Below the pieces are notes generated by a model. It made no database searches and was not told the origin of the DNA. It worked only from the letters and a program-made list of their open reading frames with translations. Positions 48,701-59,438 of a DNA stretch of 64,000 bases are shown piece after piece. The stretch is taken from the NCBI GenBank assembly GCA_001643675.2, contig LSRY02000027.1:248001-312000 (forward strand), given 5' to 3'. The position numbers and the translations under genes are program-made. Source of the DNA: Monocercomonoides exilis PA203. Its lineage: Eukaryota; Protista; Preaxostyla. Numbering within the stretch: position 1 is the first letter of the stretch; each line of letters starts with the position of its first letter.

Positions 48701-51700
48701 TGGAGACACCCTCAGTTCAAACTTCTCTTCCACTTCTTCACTTGCCCGTCAGCCTTCTTTCTCTTCCTTCATTTATGTTCCTTCTGCCTCTCATCTGAAC
48801 TCCTCCAATCCTCTTTCGTCACTTCCCCTTCGCTCTTCTGTCACGCAGCTCGACCGAATGCTTGTCGGTGTCAGTCGATTCACCTCCATCCGCTCTCCTC
48901 CTCCTCCTTCCTCTGAATCTCCCCCAGCTGTGCCAAATGCACGTAGCCCATTCTTTGCCACTCCGCGTGCACACACTCCGCTCCCTTCATCACATACACC
49001 TGGTGGCGTAGGTGTTGGTCAAAGGGCCAATGAAGAAGATGGCTATTATGATGACGATGAAGCAGAGATGGACCAAGAACTGGAACAGGAGCTGAACACT
49101 CAGCACAAACTAAAACCGGCCAGGCGGTTAAGTGCAATTTCACGCACAGCAACACCTGGCCCTTCATTTGCCACTGCAGCGCCAGCTGAGATCAACGCAC
49201 AGTCTGTTGTGCCATCTGTCTTCTCTTCATTCACTCCGTCACGCACTCACCAAGGTGGATCCAATGCTCCTGTAAATCCTTCCACTGCTCTCTCCACGCC
49301 TCAACTGGGTGACTCTCCTCACTTTGTATCATCTTCCCTCCACTCTTCCACTCAGCCGCTTCATCTCCTCCACATTTCTCTCCCGTTCCCATCCTCTCCT
49401 TCGTCTCCTCCATTCATCATTCCGTTTCTGACACTCATTGTCAACCAGACACTTGCTGTCATCAGCTCCTTTGCTTCCTCGCCCTCTCTCCACACAGCCA
49501 TCCATCGCAGCTGCAAACGCATCATCGATGCACTCACACGCGCCGAAGACAGAGAAGCCGAAAGAGAGCAGACTTACATCCGCAACAAGGCCAGGGCAGT
49601 CGAGCTGGGCATCCGCTTCAAAAGAAGAAGCATTCCACACATTGCTGCCTCACACAGCACAAATTCTATTTCAAAGATGCACCGTCTTCAATCACAGTCC
49701 TCATTCCATTCGCCTGCCAGTTCGAAAAAGGCGCCCTTTGTTTTGATTCCGTCGCCCGCTTCTTCATTTAACCTGAGCAGCACCACTCCTCCAACCTCCA
49801 CGCCTCAGAGAGAGCATGCCTCTCCTCCTCTTCTTTCGCACACCTCGTCTGCTTTCTCTCTCGTCACCCATTCGCCTGCTTCTGAGACTGTTTCACCATC
49901 AGCTGCTGACCCTCCCCCGCCAATTGTGAGCATTCCGTACCATTCTGTCTCTTCATCTTCATTGCATTCTTTCTCATCTGCCTCTTCTCTTTCTTCTCAT
50001 TCTTCTTCTTCATCTCCTTCTTCTCCCTCTTCCAGCTCATTCTCGTCTCCAGGAGGAAGCAAAGATATCGTGTCTATTCCATTTGTCAGAGCAGAAGATG
50101 CAGAATTGGTTCCTGAGCAGCTCACGTTACCACACAACATATACTCCGAAAGGCTCTCCACATTATCTCCAAGTACGCTTCCATTAGCTCGTGGAACAGA
50201 TGCCCATCCACATGGATTCGGCTCGTTGCAGTTGAGTGAGGAAGACGACAGCAGCTTTGCCAACTCGAAGGATTGGAGCACATGGAGAGAAAGAAGAGGA
50301 AGCTCTTCCAGTTTCTCTCTTTTGGCAAGGCAAAAAATGTACAGCAGACAGAAGAAGCCTTTGAATCGCATGGCATCATCCGAGCTGGCAGAGTACTTCT
50401 TCCCTTCGTGTGTGCCCCTCTGTCTTACTGCACCTCTTCTCTCTGATTCTTCTTCAGCCTCTGCCAGCTGCAGCACGCTCCCTCGTCTTCTTCTTTCTCT
50501 TCTTCCTTCTTTTCTGCTGTTTGGTATCTCCGATACAAATGACAGCTGTATCGTGCGCCACTTCAACCTGACGTCGATGCCTCTTCCTTTGCATTCCTTC
50601 CTCATCGGCACACTTTCTCCCCACTCAATCACTTTCTCTCTGCCGCGTGCTGTTGCAGGCGTCCGCTCTTTGACTGTCACATCTCCATTGACAACTGTTC
50701 TTTGTGTACTTTCTGTTGGCGCAATGGCAGCGCTGATGGACGGGGAGATGATCACAGAAGGAGAAAAAGACCTCGTAAAGATGGTGATCCGAATGAGAAA
50801 GCGGCTGGAAAGAAGAAGAAAGAAGAGGAAGAAGAAGGAAAAGAGACTGAAGAAACTGCTTGAAGAAAAAAAGAGGCGAGACGAGAAACAAGAAGCAGCG
50901 TTGCAGGCTAGGGGTAATAGCAGCATGAGAATGCAGGATTCAACAGACTCAGATGCAATCACACCTTTTTCTGAATGTTCAGATTCTTCCTCTTCTTCTT
51001 CTTCAGAAGAGCCAACGACCGAAGAAGAGGAAGGCGGAGGTGGTGATGGAAGTGTAGCAACAGAAGAGCACAAATCAAAATCAAAGCAGACACAGTCATC
51101 TGCATTTGGTCAGTCCAGCTTCAAAATCTTCTGCCTGCAGCAGATTGAGCTGATTGGCTCTCTCTTCGCACCCAGCTGCCCATATCGGAAAAAGATACCT
51201 GGATTCAAGCCACCTTCCCTTCCTCTTCTCTCAAACTTGTCACACACATCCTCTCCACTCGTCGACAGTGCTGTCAGAATTCTGATGAATGCTGTGATTC
51301 GCTCGCTGCCTCCAACAGACAGACAGAGCATCGCCATTCGTGCTTCTCTGCTTCTTCCCTTGTTTCCATTGCCATCGCGTTCAGGTGCCAACTTCACATC
51401 CACAAACTATGTCCATCCACAGACGATGAAGTTTGCGCTGCTTGTGGTCAGAATCGGGGCTGCCCAGCTCGAAGCAAATGCTCACAAGAAAAAGACAAAA
51501 AAAGCACTTGCTGCAGCTCAGGCAAAGCAGAAGGACAACAAACAAGCAGATTCTATAGAGAATTCAGAGGTGTACAATTCCAATCAAAATGCATTGATAA
51601 ACGATGCAGAAGAGCATCTTCCCCCACCAGTCATTGAGCGCCTGTGCAGAATTGTACAGAACCTGATTCCACAGGGCAAAGGGGGAATGAACGAAAAAGC

Positions 51701-51957
51701 AGTGATTGATGCAATGGAACTGATCTGCGAAGGATGGGGCGTGATGAAAGGATCAATAAAGGATGTGAAGAATCTGATGGGAACATTGTTTTACCACTCT
51801 TTGAATGTAATTGTGACACTTGTGCACTCAGCTTCAGAGGAATCTCGCGACAACTCTGCTGCTTCAACGTGTTTATCACTCAATTGGCTGATGGAAGAAC
51901 CATCTCCCACAATCACTCGTACTTCAAAAGATCAACGCCATTCGTCTTCTTCAACAG

Positions 51958-51994
<37 letters not shown>

Positions 51995-53129
51995 CTCTTC
52001 CTCCTCTTCTTCTCTTCCTTCACTAGTCTTCCAAGACACACCAATATCTCGATCCTCCTACAGAGCCCTTGTCACCATCGGTTGTTCTGAGCCCCATCAA
52101 CTCTTCCGCTGCCTTCTCTCTCAACTGGAAACAACACTCGCTTCATCTCCACTTGACCAGCTGGTTCGCCTGAAAAATGCTACGCAGATAACAGATGCCT
52201 GGCTGGTGACCGCAACTGCCACAAGGAAAATGATCCCTTTGCTTCCACCAATCATCGACGTCATTGCACGACTGTTGGAACTGACTGAAGCAGCCAACTC
52301 GTTCATCTCTCCACCATTCAACATATCTTCTCCATCACTTTCATTTCTGTCAACTCTTTCAATGCCTCAAACACAGTCAGCGCCTTCAATTGCTAATTCC
52401 TCTTCCTCTTCTTCCTCTTCTGCTTCTTCTTCTCAGGCACTCACATCCCACTCTGCCCAGATGACCATTGCATTCACAGGACTGAGGAGCATGATACGGT
52501 CGCGTGTGCTGGTGCATCTGTCGCATCTTGTGTCGCTCTTTCCGATGCTCAGCAACTCCCGTGTGACAGACCGTCTGGTGATTGGCCGCGAAACTGGGCT
52601 TGTGGATGTGTTTGATCTGCAGTCGAAGCTGAAGTCGAAAAAGATCTTCTCGATCAACGCGCATCACTATCCTGTCTCTGCCGTCTCCATCTCTCCAAAC
52701 GGAAAGACAGCTGCTTCATATTGCGACTCAGAACATACTCTGAAGATTTGGAATTTGTCTGAAAAGGGCGGAGGTGGTGAATGGGACGGGAAAAGCTTGA
52801 GAGGATTGTTTGGCCTGAAGCCATCGAAAAGCGGAAGCAAAAGCAGCGATGGAAGAGGAGCTTCGTTGGATAGACCGCTCAGGGCATTTGCAATTCCCAG
52901 CACTCATCTTAGCGAAACTACAAGCGAAAGCTCAGAGAAGCAAGTGGAATACCAATTAGCCGAACACGTTGGTGTTGCATCTATTCAATGGAAAGATGAC
53001 AAGGAGCTGACATTGACTGTGAAACAAGGAGAGTTTGGAGATGACAAAAACGGAACTGATCCATTTTTTGGAAATTCAAAGGATTCAGAAAATCAATTTG
53101 TTTTCCAGCAACATTATGTTTTAGAATAG
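39732..53129 (+). CDS. WDR7: WDR7/WDR72 (Rabconnectin-3 beta)-like WD40 protein, ~4400 aa with massive Ser-rich insertions
   Basis: N-terminal LRLPFVVW...IAGTETGMCVKW, internal FKPPSLPLL, and C-terminal RLVIGRETGLVDVFDL..AHHYPVSAVSISPNGKTAASYCDSEHTLKIW parallel WDR7 motifs. Three short 5' introns precede a ~12.7-kb exon. Confidence 0.75.
42329..42445 (+). repeat. Compound (TCT/TCC)n coding microsatellite encoding ~38 Ser
   Basis: Direct reading: alternating TCTTCC, then a TCC run, then a TCT run. Confidence 0.9.
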
Positions 53130-53616
53130 CTTCTCTGTAACATAAATATCATCGCATTAGTTTTCGTTTTTTTCTTAATTTTTTGAAGATTTATAAATTA
53201 AAGATATTAATCTTTTTATTAAATAAAATCTTTTTTTATCAATTGTATGTTTTGAAAATTGATAAATTTTCAGTTGAAAACATTTATTTTTATTCAAAAG
53301 TTTTCTTCAAAAGTTGAAAACTTCTTTAGCTAAAAATATTTACAATAACATTTTTCATGTTTATGAGCAAAGATTTTTATATGTTTTGATGCTTGTATTA
53401 TCATTTTTTCGAATTGTCTTGAAATTAAAAATGGAAATTTGAAATTAAATTCGTCATTTTCCTTTTAACAATCAAATTTTTATTTATAATAACTAAAGCC
53501 TAAATTGAAAATGAATCTTTATTTGCGCTAACATCATGGTTTTTAACAAAATTGAACAGAAAATAAAAAACAAGCAATTTATGATTTTCTAAAATTTTAC
53601 TGATTCTAAAAATGAA

Positions 53617-54359
53617 CAATAAAACAATCAACAAAGAAAAGAATAAAATCAAAATCATATTAATAAAGCAGCGTATGCATATTCTTTGAATGGATAAGCA
53701 TTTGTCATTTTCGAAGTTTTCATTTCGAAAATCAAACAAAAATCGATAAAAATAAAAGGTTATAAATATGACAAAAAATTCTCCTCAGCCGGGTTCGAAC
53801 CAGCGACCTCAAGATATCAGCTTTTTCTACAGTCTCGCGCTCTTCCAACTGAGCTATGGAGAGAACTTGGAAAAAAATCTTAACACTATTCACAACTCAA
53901 ATGTCTCTTTTTTTGTCCAAAAAGTTGATAAAACCCTTTATTTTTTCTTAAATAAATCATTTTTCTTTTCGTATGTGAAAATATTTTTTGTTTTCAAAAT
54001 ATGGGACGAAGTTTATTGTTTCATGAATTTTGTTCCATACTTTATATCCTAATTTTTTTCTCATTTTTTGATTTGACAAAATTATTTTTGCTTGAGAATG
54101 CTACACTTTTTATGATATGATTGCTGAAGAAGTTTGGAACAAATCATTGCTTTTTTCATATGGGTTAAAATATTTGACTTCATGCATTTCCATTGAAAAA
54201 CTATGCACTTTTCATTGATTTTTTGAGATTAAAAAACACAACAGAAATTGGTTTATTTTTTGAAATGCGTGCGAGGTCACAAAACATTTTGTTTCACCAA
54301 AAATAATTCAAAATCGAAAAAAAATAATTCAATTTCGTAATTTATTAATTCAATTTCGA
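53617..54359. repeat. Left arm of 743-bp inverted duplication
   Basis: Reverse complement of 54889-55631 (x maps to 109248-x). One mismatch seen. Confidence 0.95.
53780..53863 (-). tRNA. trnY: tRNA-Tyr(GUA) with 11-nt intron (53816-53826); C5:A68 acceptor-stem mismatch
   Basis: ctctcca tagctcagttggaagagc g cgaga ctgtag[aaaaagctgat]a tcttg aggtc gctggttcgaacccggc tgaggag a, followed by a T-run terminator. Confidence 0.93.
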
Positions 54360-54888
54360 AAAAGAATAATTCAATTTCGAAAATGATTATAAACTGAAAA
54401 TTTTAATTTTTCTCGAGAATGGATTTCTGAAAAGTTCAATTTATTTTTTGACCAATCAAATTTTATTACTTATTGAAAACTGTTTTTTTTATTGCAACAA
54501 TCAATAAATCAATTTTTTTAAATTTTTTTTTCATTTTCGAAAATCATCACTCAAATTATAATAAATTAATAAAAATTCATTCCATTGAATCATCAAATAA
54601 AAAATGAAAAAATTTAATAACGATTATTGTATTATTTCTTCACAATAATGTGATTGTTTCATTTGCAAAATTTTGAATAACATCGGTTTAAACATGAAAA
54701 TGTATTTATTTCCTATTCAAATTAACTTCAATCAATAAATTTTCATTCAAAATGAAAGAATATTTTTTAATGAAAATGCGACATTTTTCAAATATTGATA
54801 AAAAAAATTTGCTGATGAGATAAAAATTTAAAGAATTTATAACCCCAAACACAAGTTATTCATTCCACAAATCAAAAAAATTTTCGTA

Positions 54889-55631
54889 TCGAAATTGAAT
54901 TAATAAATTACGAAATTGAATTATTTTTTTTCGATTTTGAATTATTTTTGGTGAAACAAAATGTTTTGTGACCTCGCACGCATTTCAAAAAATAAACCAA
55001 TTTCTGTTGTGTTTTTTAATCTCAAAAAATCAATGAAAAGTGCATAGTTTTTCAATGGAAATGCATGAAGTCAAATATTTTAACCCATATGAAAAAAGCA
55101 ATGATTTGTTCCAAACTTCTTCAGCAATCATATCATAAAAAGTGTAGCATTCTCAAGCAAAAATAATTTTGTCAAATCAAAAAATGAGAAAAAAATTAGG
55201 ATATAAAGTATGGAACAAAATTCATGAAACAATAAACTTCGTCCCATATTTTGAAAACAAAAAATATTTTCACATACGAAAAGAAAAATGATTTATTTAA
55301 GAAAAAATAAAGGGTTTTATCAACTTTTTGGACAAAAAAAGAGACATTTGAGTTGTGAATAGTGTTAAGATTTTTTTCCAAGTTCTCTCCATAGCTCAGT
55401 TGGAAGAGCGCGAGACTGTAGAAAAAGCTGATATCTTGAGGTCGCTGGTTCGAACCCGGCTGGGGAGAATTTTTTGTCATATTTATAACCTTTTATTTTT
55501 ATCGATTTTTGTTTGATTTTCGAAATGAAAACTTCGAAAATGACAAATGCTTATCCATTCAAAGAATATGCATACGCTGCTTTATTAATATGATTTTGAT
55601 TTTATTCTTTTCTTTGTTGATTGTTTTATTG
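54889..55631. repeat. Right arm of 743-bp inverted duplication
   Basis: Reverse complement of 53617-54359. Confidence 0.95.
55385..55468 (+). tRNA. trnY: tRNA-Tyr(GUA) with 11-nt intron (55422-55432)
   Basis: Full cloverleaf, acceptor stem ctctcca/tggggag, A and B boxes, intron after position 37, T6 terminator. Confidence 0.97.
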
Positions 55632-56067
55632 ATTGTTTGGTTAAATTTTTGTTCAGGGTTGGATACAAAAATTAGAAAAGTTACAATTAATTCAGATTGT
55701 TTTTGTGTATCATGTATTCAAATCGTTGTGAAGTGAATATAATGCTTGAGTTGATGCTATTAAACAAAAATTTGGAATTAAATTTGTTATTGCAACAACA
55801 TCAAGACACAATATTTTTTCTTCACGTTTTCGTAAAAATTCAGGTAATAATAATTTTGTATGAGCAGAATTGCTTATGCAAAAGCATTGAAATTTATTGA
55901 TTTGCAAAATAAAAGTCTGTAACATTGACCTTATTTCTATCGTTATTATTAACATTAACTTGAATCATTTTTCAACAACAATTAATATGTTGAAGTTGAA
56001 TTTTTTCTTAACATTTTGTTCGATATCTATTAACTAAGATATATTGATCAAATCCCTTCTTCAACAT

Positions 56068-56139
56068 GGCCTGATGGTCTAGTGGTATGATTCTTGCTTT
56101 GGGTGCAAGAGGTCCCGGGTTCAATTCCCGGTCAGGCCC
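56068..56139 (+). tRNA. trnP: tRNA-Pro(UGG)
   Basis: ggcctga tggtctagtggtatgatt cttgc tttgggt gcaag aggtc ccgggttcaattcccgg tcaggcc c, followed by a T-run. Confidence 0.97.
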
Positions 56140-56195
56140 TATTTTTTGTTTCATTTTCATATTTTGATCATTTTTAACATAATTCAATTCAGTAA

Positions 56196-57831
56196 ATGTC
56201 GGATCAAATTGATTCAGAAGATAGAGAATATGAAGTTGTTTCGGGGGAGGAATTCGCTGAAATTAGTTTGTTTTTTATAGTATTATTTTTTGTTGTGTTT
56301 TTTTTGAGTGTTGTTATTTTATTTAGAGGAGGAAGAAGCAGGTAAAGAAAGATACCTTTTACTTGACACACAAGCACCATTTCGTAAACTTTTTCCGTTG
56401 TGCACGCAACAGCAATATTTAATTGAAAAGCAACAGTATTGCTCGGATAGTATGCTTCACGAAGAGGTTGAACAGCTGTCAGACAACATTAGAGAAATTT
56501 GTGTTCAATATGGAGGTTGCAACGATTCAGAAGTGTGCCATTTTGCTTTAGTAATTATTAGGACAATAAAATTTGTTTTCCTGATATGTATTTCATGAAA
56601 ATAGGTTGCTCTACACAAATGGGGATTGGTTGATATTTTCCCTGATCTTTCAAGCCATCATTCTGTTGGACAGTCAAGAGGAAGATTGAATGGTATAACA
56701 TAATTGCTTAACTTTATAAATATTCCATGAAAAAAATATTTCTTCTTCATGTTGATATTACATGAAACTAGATTATTTTGCTTTTGTTTCAGAAATGATG
56801 ACTGTACTTGCAATGTGCGAAACAATTTCTGCTTCCATTAACCAAAGAGTTACTGAAGATAAACCAGGAGTTAATTTTAGATATTTGTGCCATCAGACTT
56901 CAATCTTATATGTTTGGTTTTTTTTAAAACATGAAACATTAATTTTTTCTTGAAACACTCAACAATAAATTATAAATTGTAATATCAAATAGCATTCATT
57001 GAAGTCAGTAGCGCCTCATTTTTGTGATCCCATCGCAGCTCATTTTCCTGCTCTACGTGTTGTTTGGGAAAAAAATGATGTTTCAATGGAAGAATTGGAT
57101 TGGTTTGTTCAAATACAAATATTATTAAAATAAAGTTTGTTTATAACATGCTTGTTTTTATCTTCCTATTGGAATGGATACGATGCAGGTTAAATGGGTT
57201 CGTTGGTGAAATAGAATCCTCTCTCTATGCCCTCGTTGGAAAAGTGATAAAAGGAGGAGCTTACTCATTGCTTCCAAAGGAAACAGAGAAAAAGGGTGAA
57301 ACTAAAACCGAAGAATCAACAGGATCTGCTACCTCAACAAGCGGGCAATCTTCAACACTTTCTGCTTCAACTTCATCATCATCATCATCTTCTTCATATT
57401 CTTCCTCATCAACGCCTTCATCATTACTTTCATCATCTAACATTTCTCCTTCATTTTTGAAAAAGTATTCCTCTTCATTCCTCTTTTGCTATTCTCCTTT
57501 CACAGGAACATCATCCTCTGCCACATCCTCATTGACTGGTGTTTCACTCACACCCTCGCCATTGTTCTGTCTGAAGCCTTCTTCCACCCCCATCTGGGAG
57601 GCTGGCGAGGTCGATGCATCTGATGAGTCGAAGTCTTCGTCTACTGCTTCCCCTTCTCTTATTATCCCAAGCTCAGCTTCATCGTCGTCGTCTTCCTCTT
57701 CAGCTCCAATTGGAGTCCAATTGGAAACAGTACAAGGAGATTCTGTGTTCAGAGATCCATTTCGCTTTCTCATTACTGGAATCAAGTTCAGCTATGACAA
57801 AGATGCAAACACAAAAAAGAAAAAGAAATAA
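56196..57831 (+). CDS. Hypothetical multi-exon protein with Ser-rich C-terminal exon and KKKKK end
   Basis: Exons MSDQIDSEDREYE.. / EEEEAGKERY.. / VALHKWG.. / DYFAF..RYLCHQTSILY / HSLKS..ELDW / LNGFVGE.. are joined by GT-AG introns. Confidence 0.7.
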
Positions 57832-58402
57832 TTATCTTTTTTAAAACAATTGATTAAAGAGCACTGTAAAAATTCTTGGGCATTGTGTTACAATTTGTTC
57901 TCATAAATTAATGTATTTGAATTTTTTCCTTGGTATTTCTTTTTAATTTTTTTCTGTTGTTTTTATTATTTCATCTCATGTTGAATTGTTCTTTAGATAG
58001 CGACACATTCTTTTTTTATAATGTAAATACTTGTTAAGAGAAATAATTGATATTATTTTGCAATCTCCAAATGTTCAGGTTCAGTTAAAAGTTTATAAAG
58101 TTATTTCAGATATATTAATTGTCTTGTGTTCAAACAATATGGGTGAAATGCACAATCAATTCATAATGAGCTTCAAAATTGAATCATGTGAGAACCATAG
58201 TTTTATTAAACCAAATGTAATTTTACGATTAACGTACTGTAGAAATTCAAATTGTATAAACGCAAGCAAACATGATTCGAACTGTTCATTTTTAATTTGA
58301 CAAAAAGGTGTGCAATATTTTTTCACAAAAAATATGCTTTTTTAATAAATTTTCTAAATATTGAAAAACGATGATTGCATACAATTCAAAAATGTTGCTT
58401 AG

Positions 58403-59053
58403 ATGTTTAACGTGATTGTCACGCTGTTTTCACTTATTTCAGCTCAAAGCTGCAGTTCATGCAGTTCGTGCAATTCGTGCCCACAAATACAGATTCCTTC
58501 AGTTCCTCAAATGCCTATTTGTCAACCTTGCCAAACTTGCTCTCTTCCTCAATCAAACCCATGCCAAATTCTTCCACCCCCTCGCCAAGAATCAATGAAC
58601 GATCAATTCAGATTCCATCGTGACGCAGCAAATCGTCAAGCTCAACAAGATTCTATGCGTGCAAATGCTGGATCAAGCTGTGCAAATAACATGAATGCTG
58701 AAACATGCAATGCAGATAACGCAAAAGTAAAACTTGATGCGAACATTCGTACTTCAAACAATCAATTTAAGGAATGCAACGAGAACGAATTTCTTGTCCA
58801 CAAGAAACATTCCCGTGTTGATGAAGGTGACTGCTCTTCCAAGACCGCAAAGATTGACATGGATGCTGGAAAGAGCTGCCGTGCTGCTCAGAACTATAAT
58901 GACAATTCTCAAAACCAAATGAGCGCTGGAAGAGATAGATCTTGCAGAGCTGAGGATATCTCTCAGCAAAATGCTGACGGGTGTGCTTCGAGATCAATGT
59001 TTGGAAGACCAAGCTGTGGATGCGGAAACTTTGGAGCTGCTTGCTTCTACTAA
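58403..59053 (+). CDS. Secreted Cys/Asn/Gln-rich small protein (216 aa, intronless)
   Basis: Signal-peptide-like MFNVIVTLFSLISA, CxxC repeats, polar core and a CGCG...CFY end. Confidence 0.8.
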   Translation: MFNVIVTLFSLISAQSCSSCSSCNSCPQIQIPSVPQMPICQPCQTCSLPQSNPCQILPPPRQESMNDQFRFHRDAANRQAQQDSMRANAGSSCANNMNAETCNADNAKVKLDANIRTSNNQFKECNENEFLVHKKHSRVDEGDCSSKTAKIDMDAGKSCRAAQNYNDNSQNQMSAGRDRSCRAEDISQQNADGCASRSMFGRPSCGCGNFGAACFY

Positions 59054-59438
59054 AACGAACAACTTACTTTTTTGAAGAAGGGATTTATTCTACTGAAATT
59101 TTTGAGACTTTTCTTTTTAAAGCATGTTCATGATCAAAGATAAAAACTTTAACTCAACTAAAAAATAAATTTATTGTTAACATAGAAAGAGGAGGAAGCA
59201 CAGACTTTTTAGCTATTTTAATCGAATCCATTTCTCGCTAAAATTCAGATCTTTCAAAAGATAAATGGAAAAACAACGAAAATGATGAAAGGGTAAAAAA
59301 TAAAAATATAATTTCTCACAGACTTCACGTCAAATTGAGTCCAATTCATTCATTTGTGCGATTTTTTTGACTTTTGAAGACATTTGAAAGTGAAGAAAAG
59401 TTCGATTTTCGTTATGGGTTTGTTCTTAGAAGGAAAAA

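Noticed and set aside
53500-55736. Duplicated 94-aa and 75-79-aa ORFs in the palindrome arms
   Set aside because: They are translations of tRNA antisense and AT-rich flanks, identical only because of the duplication.
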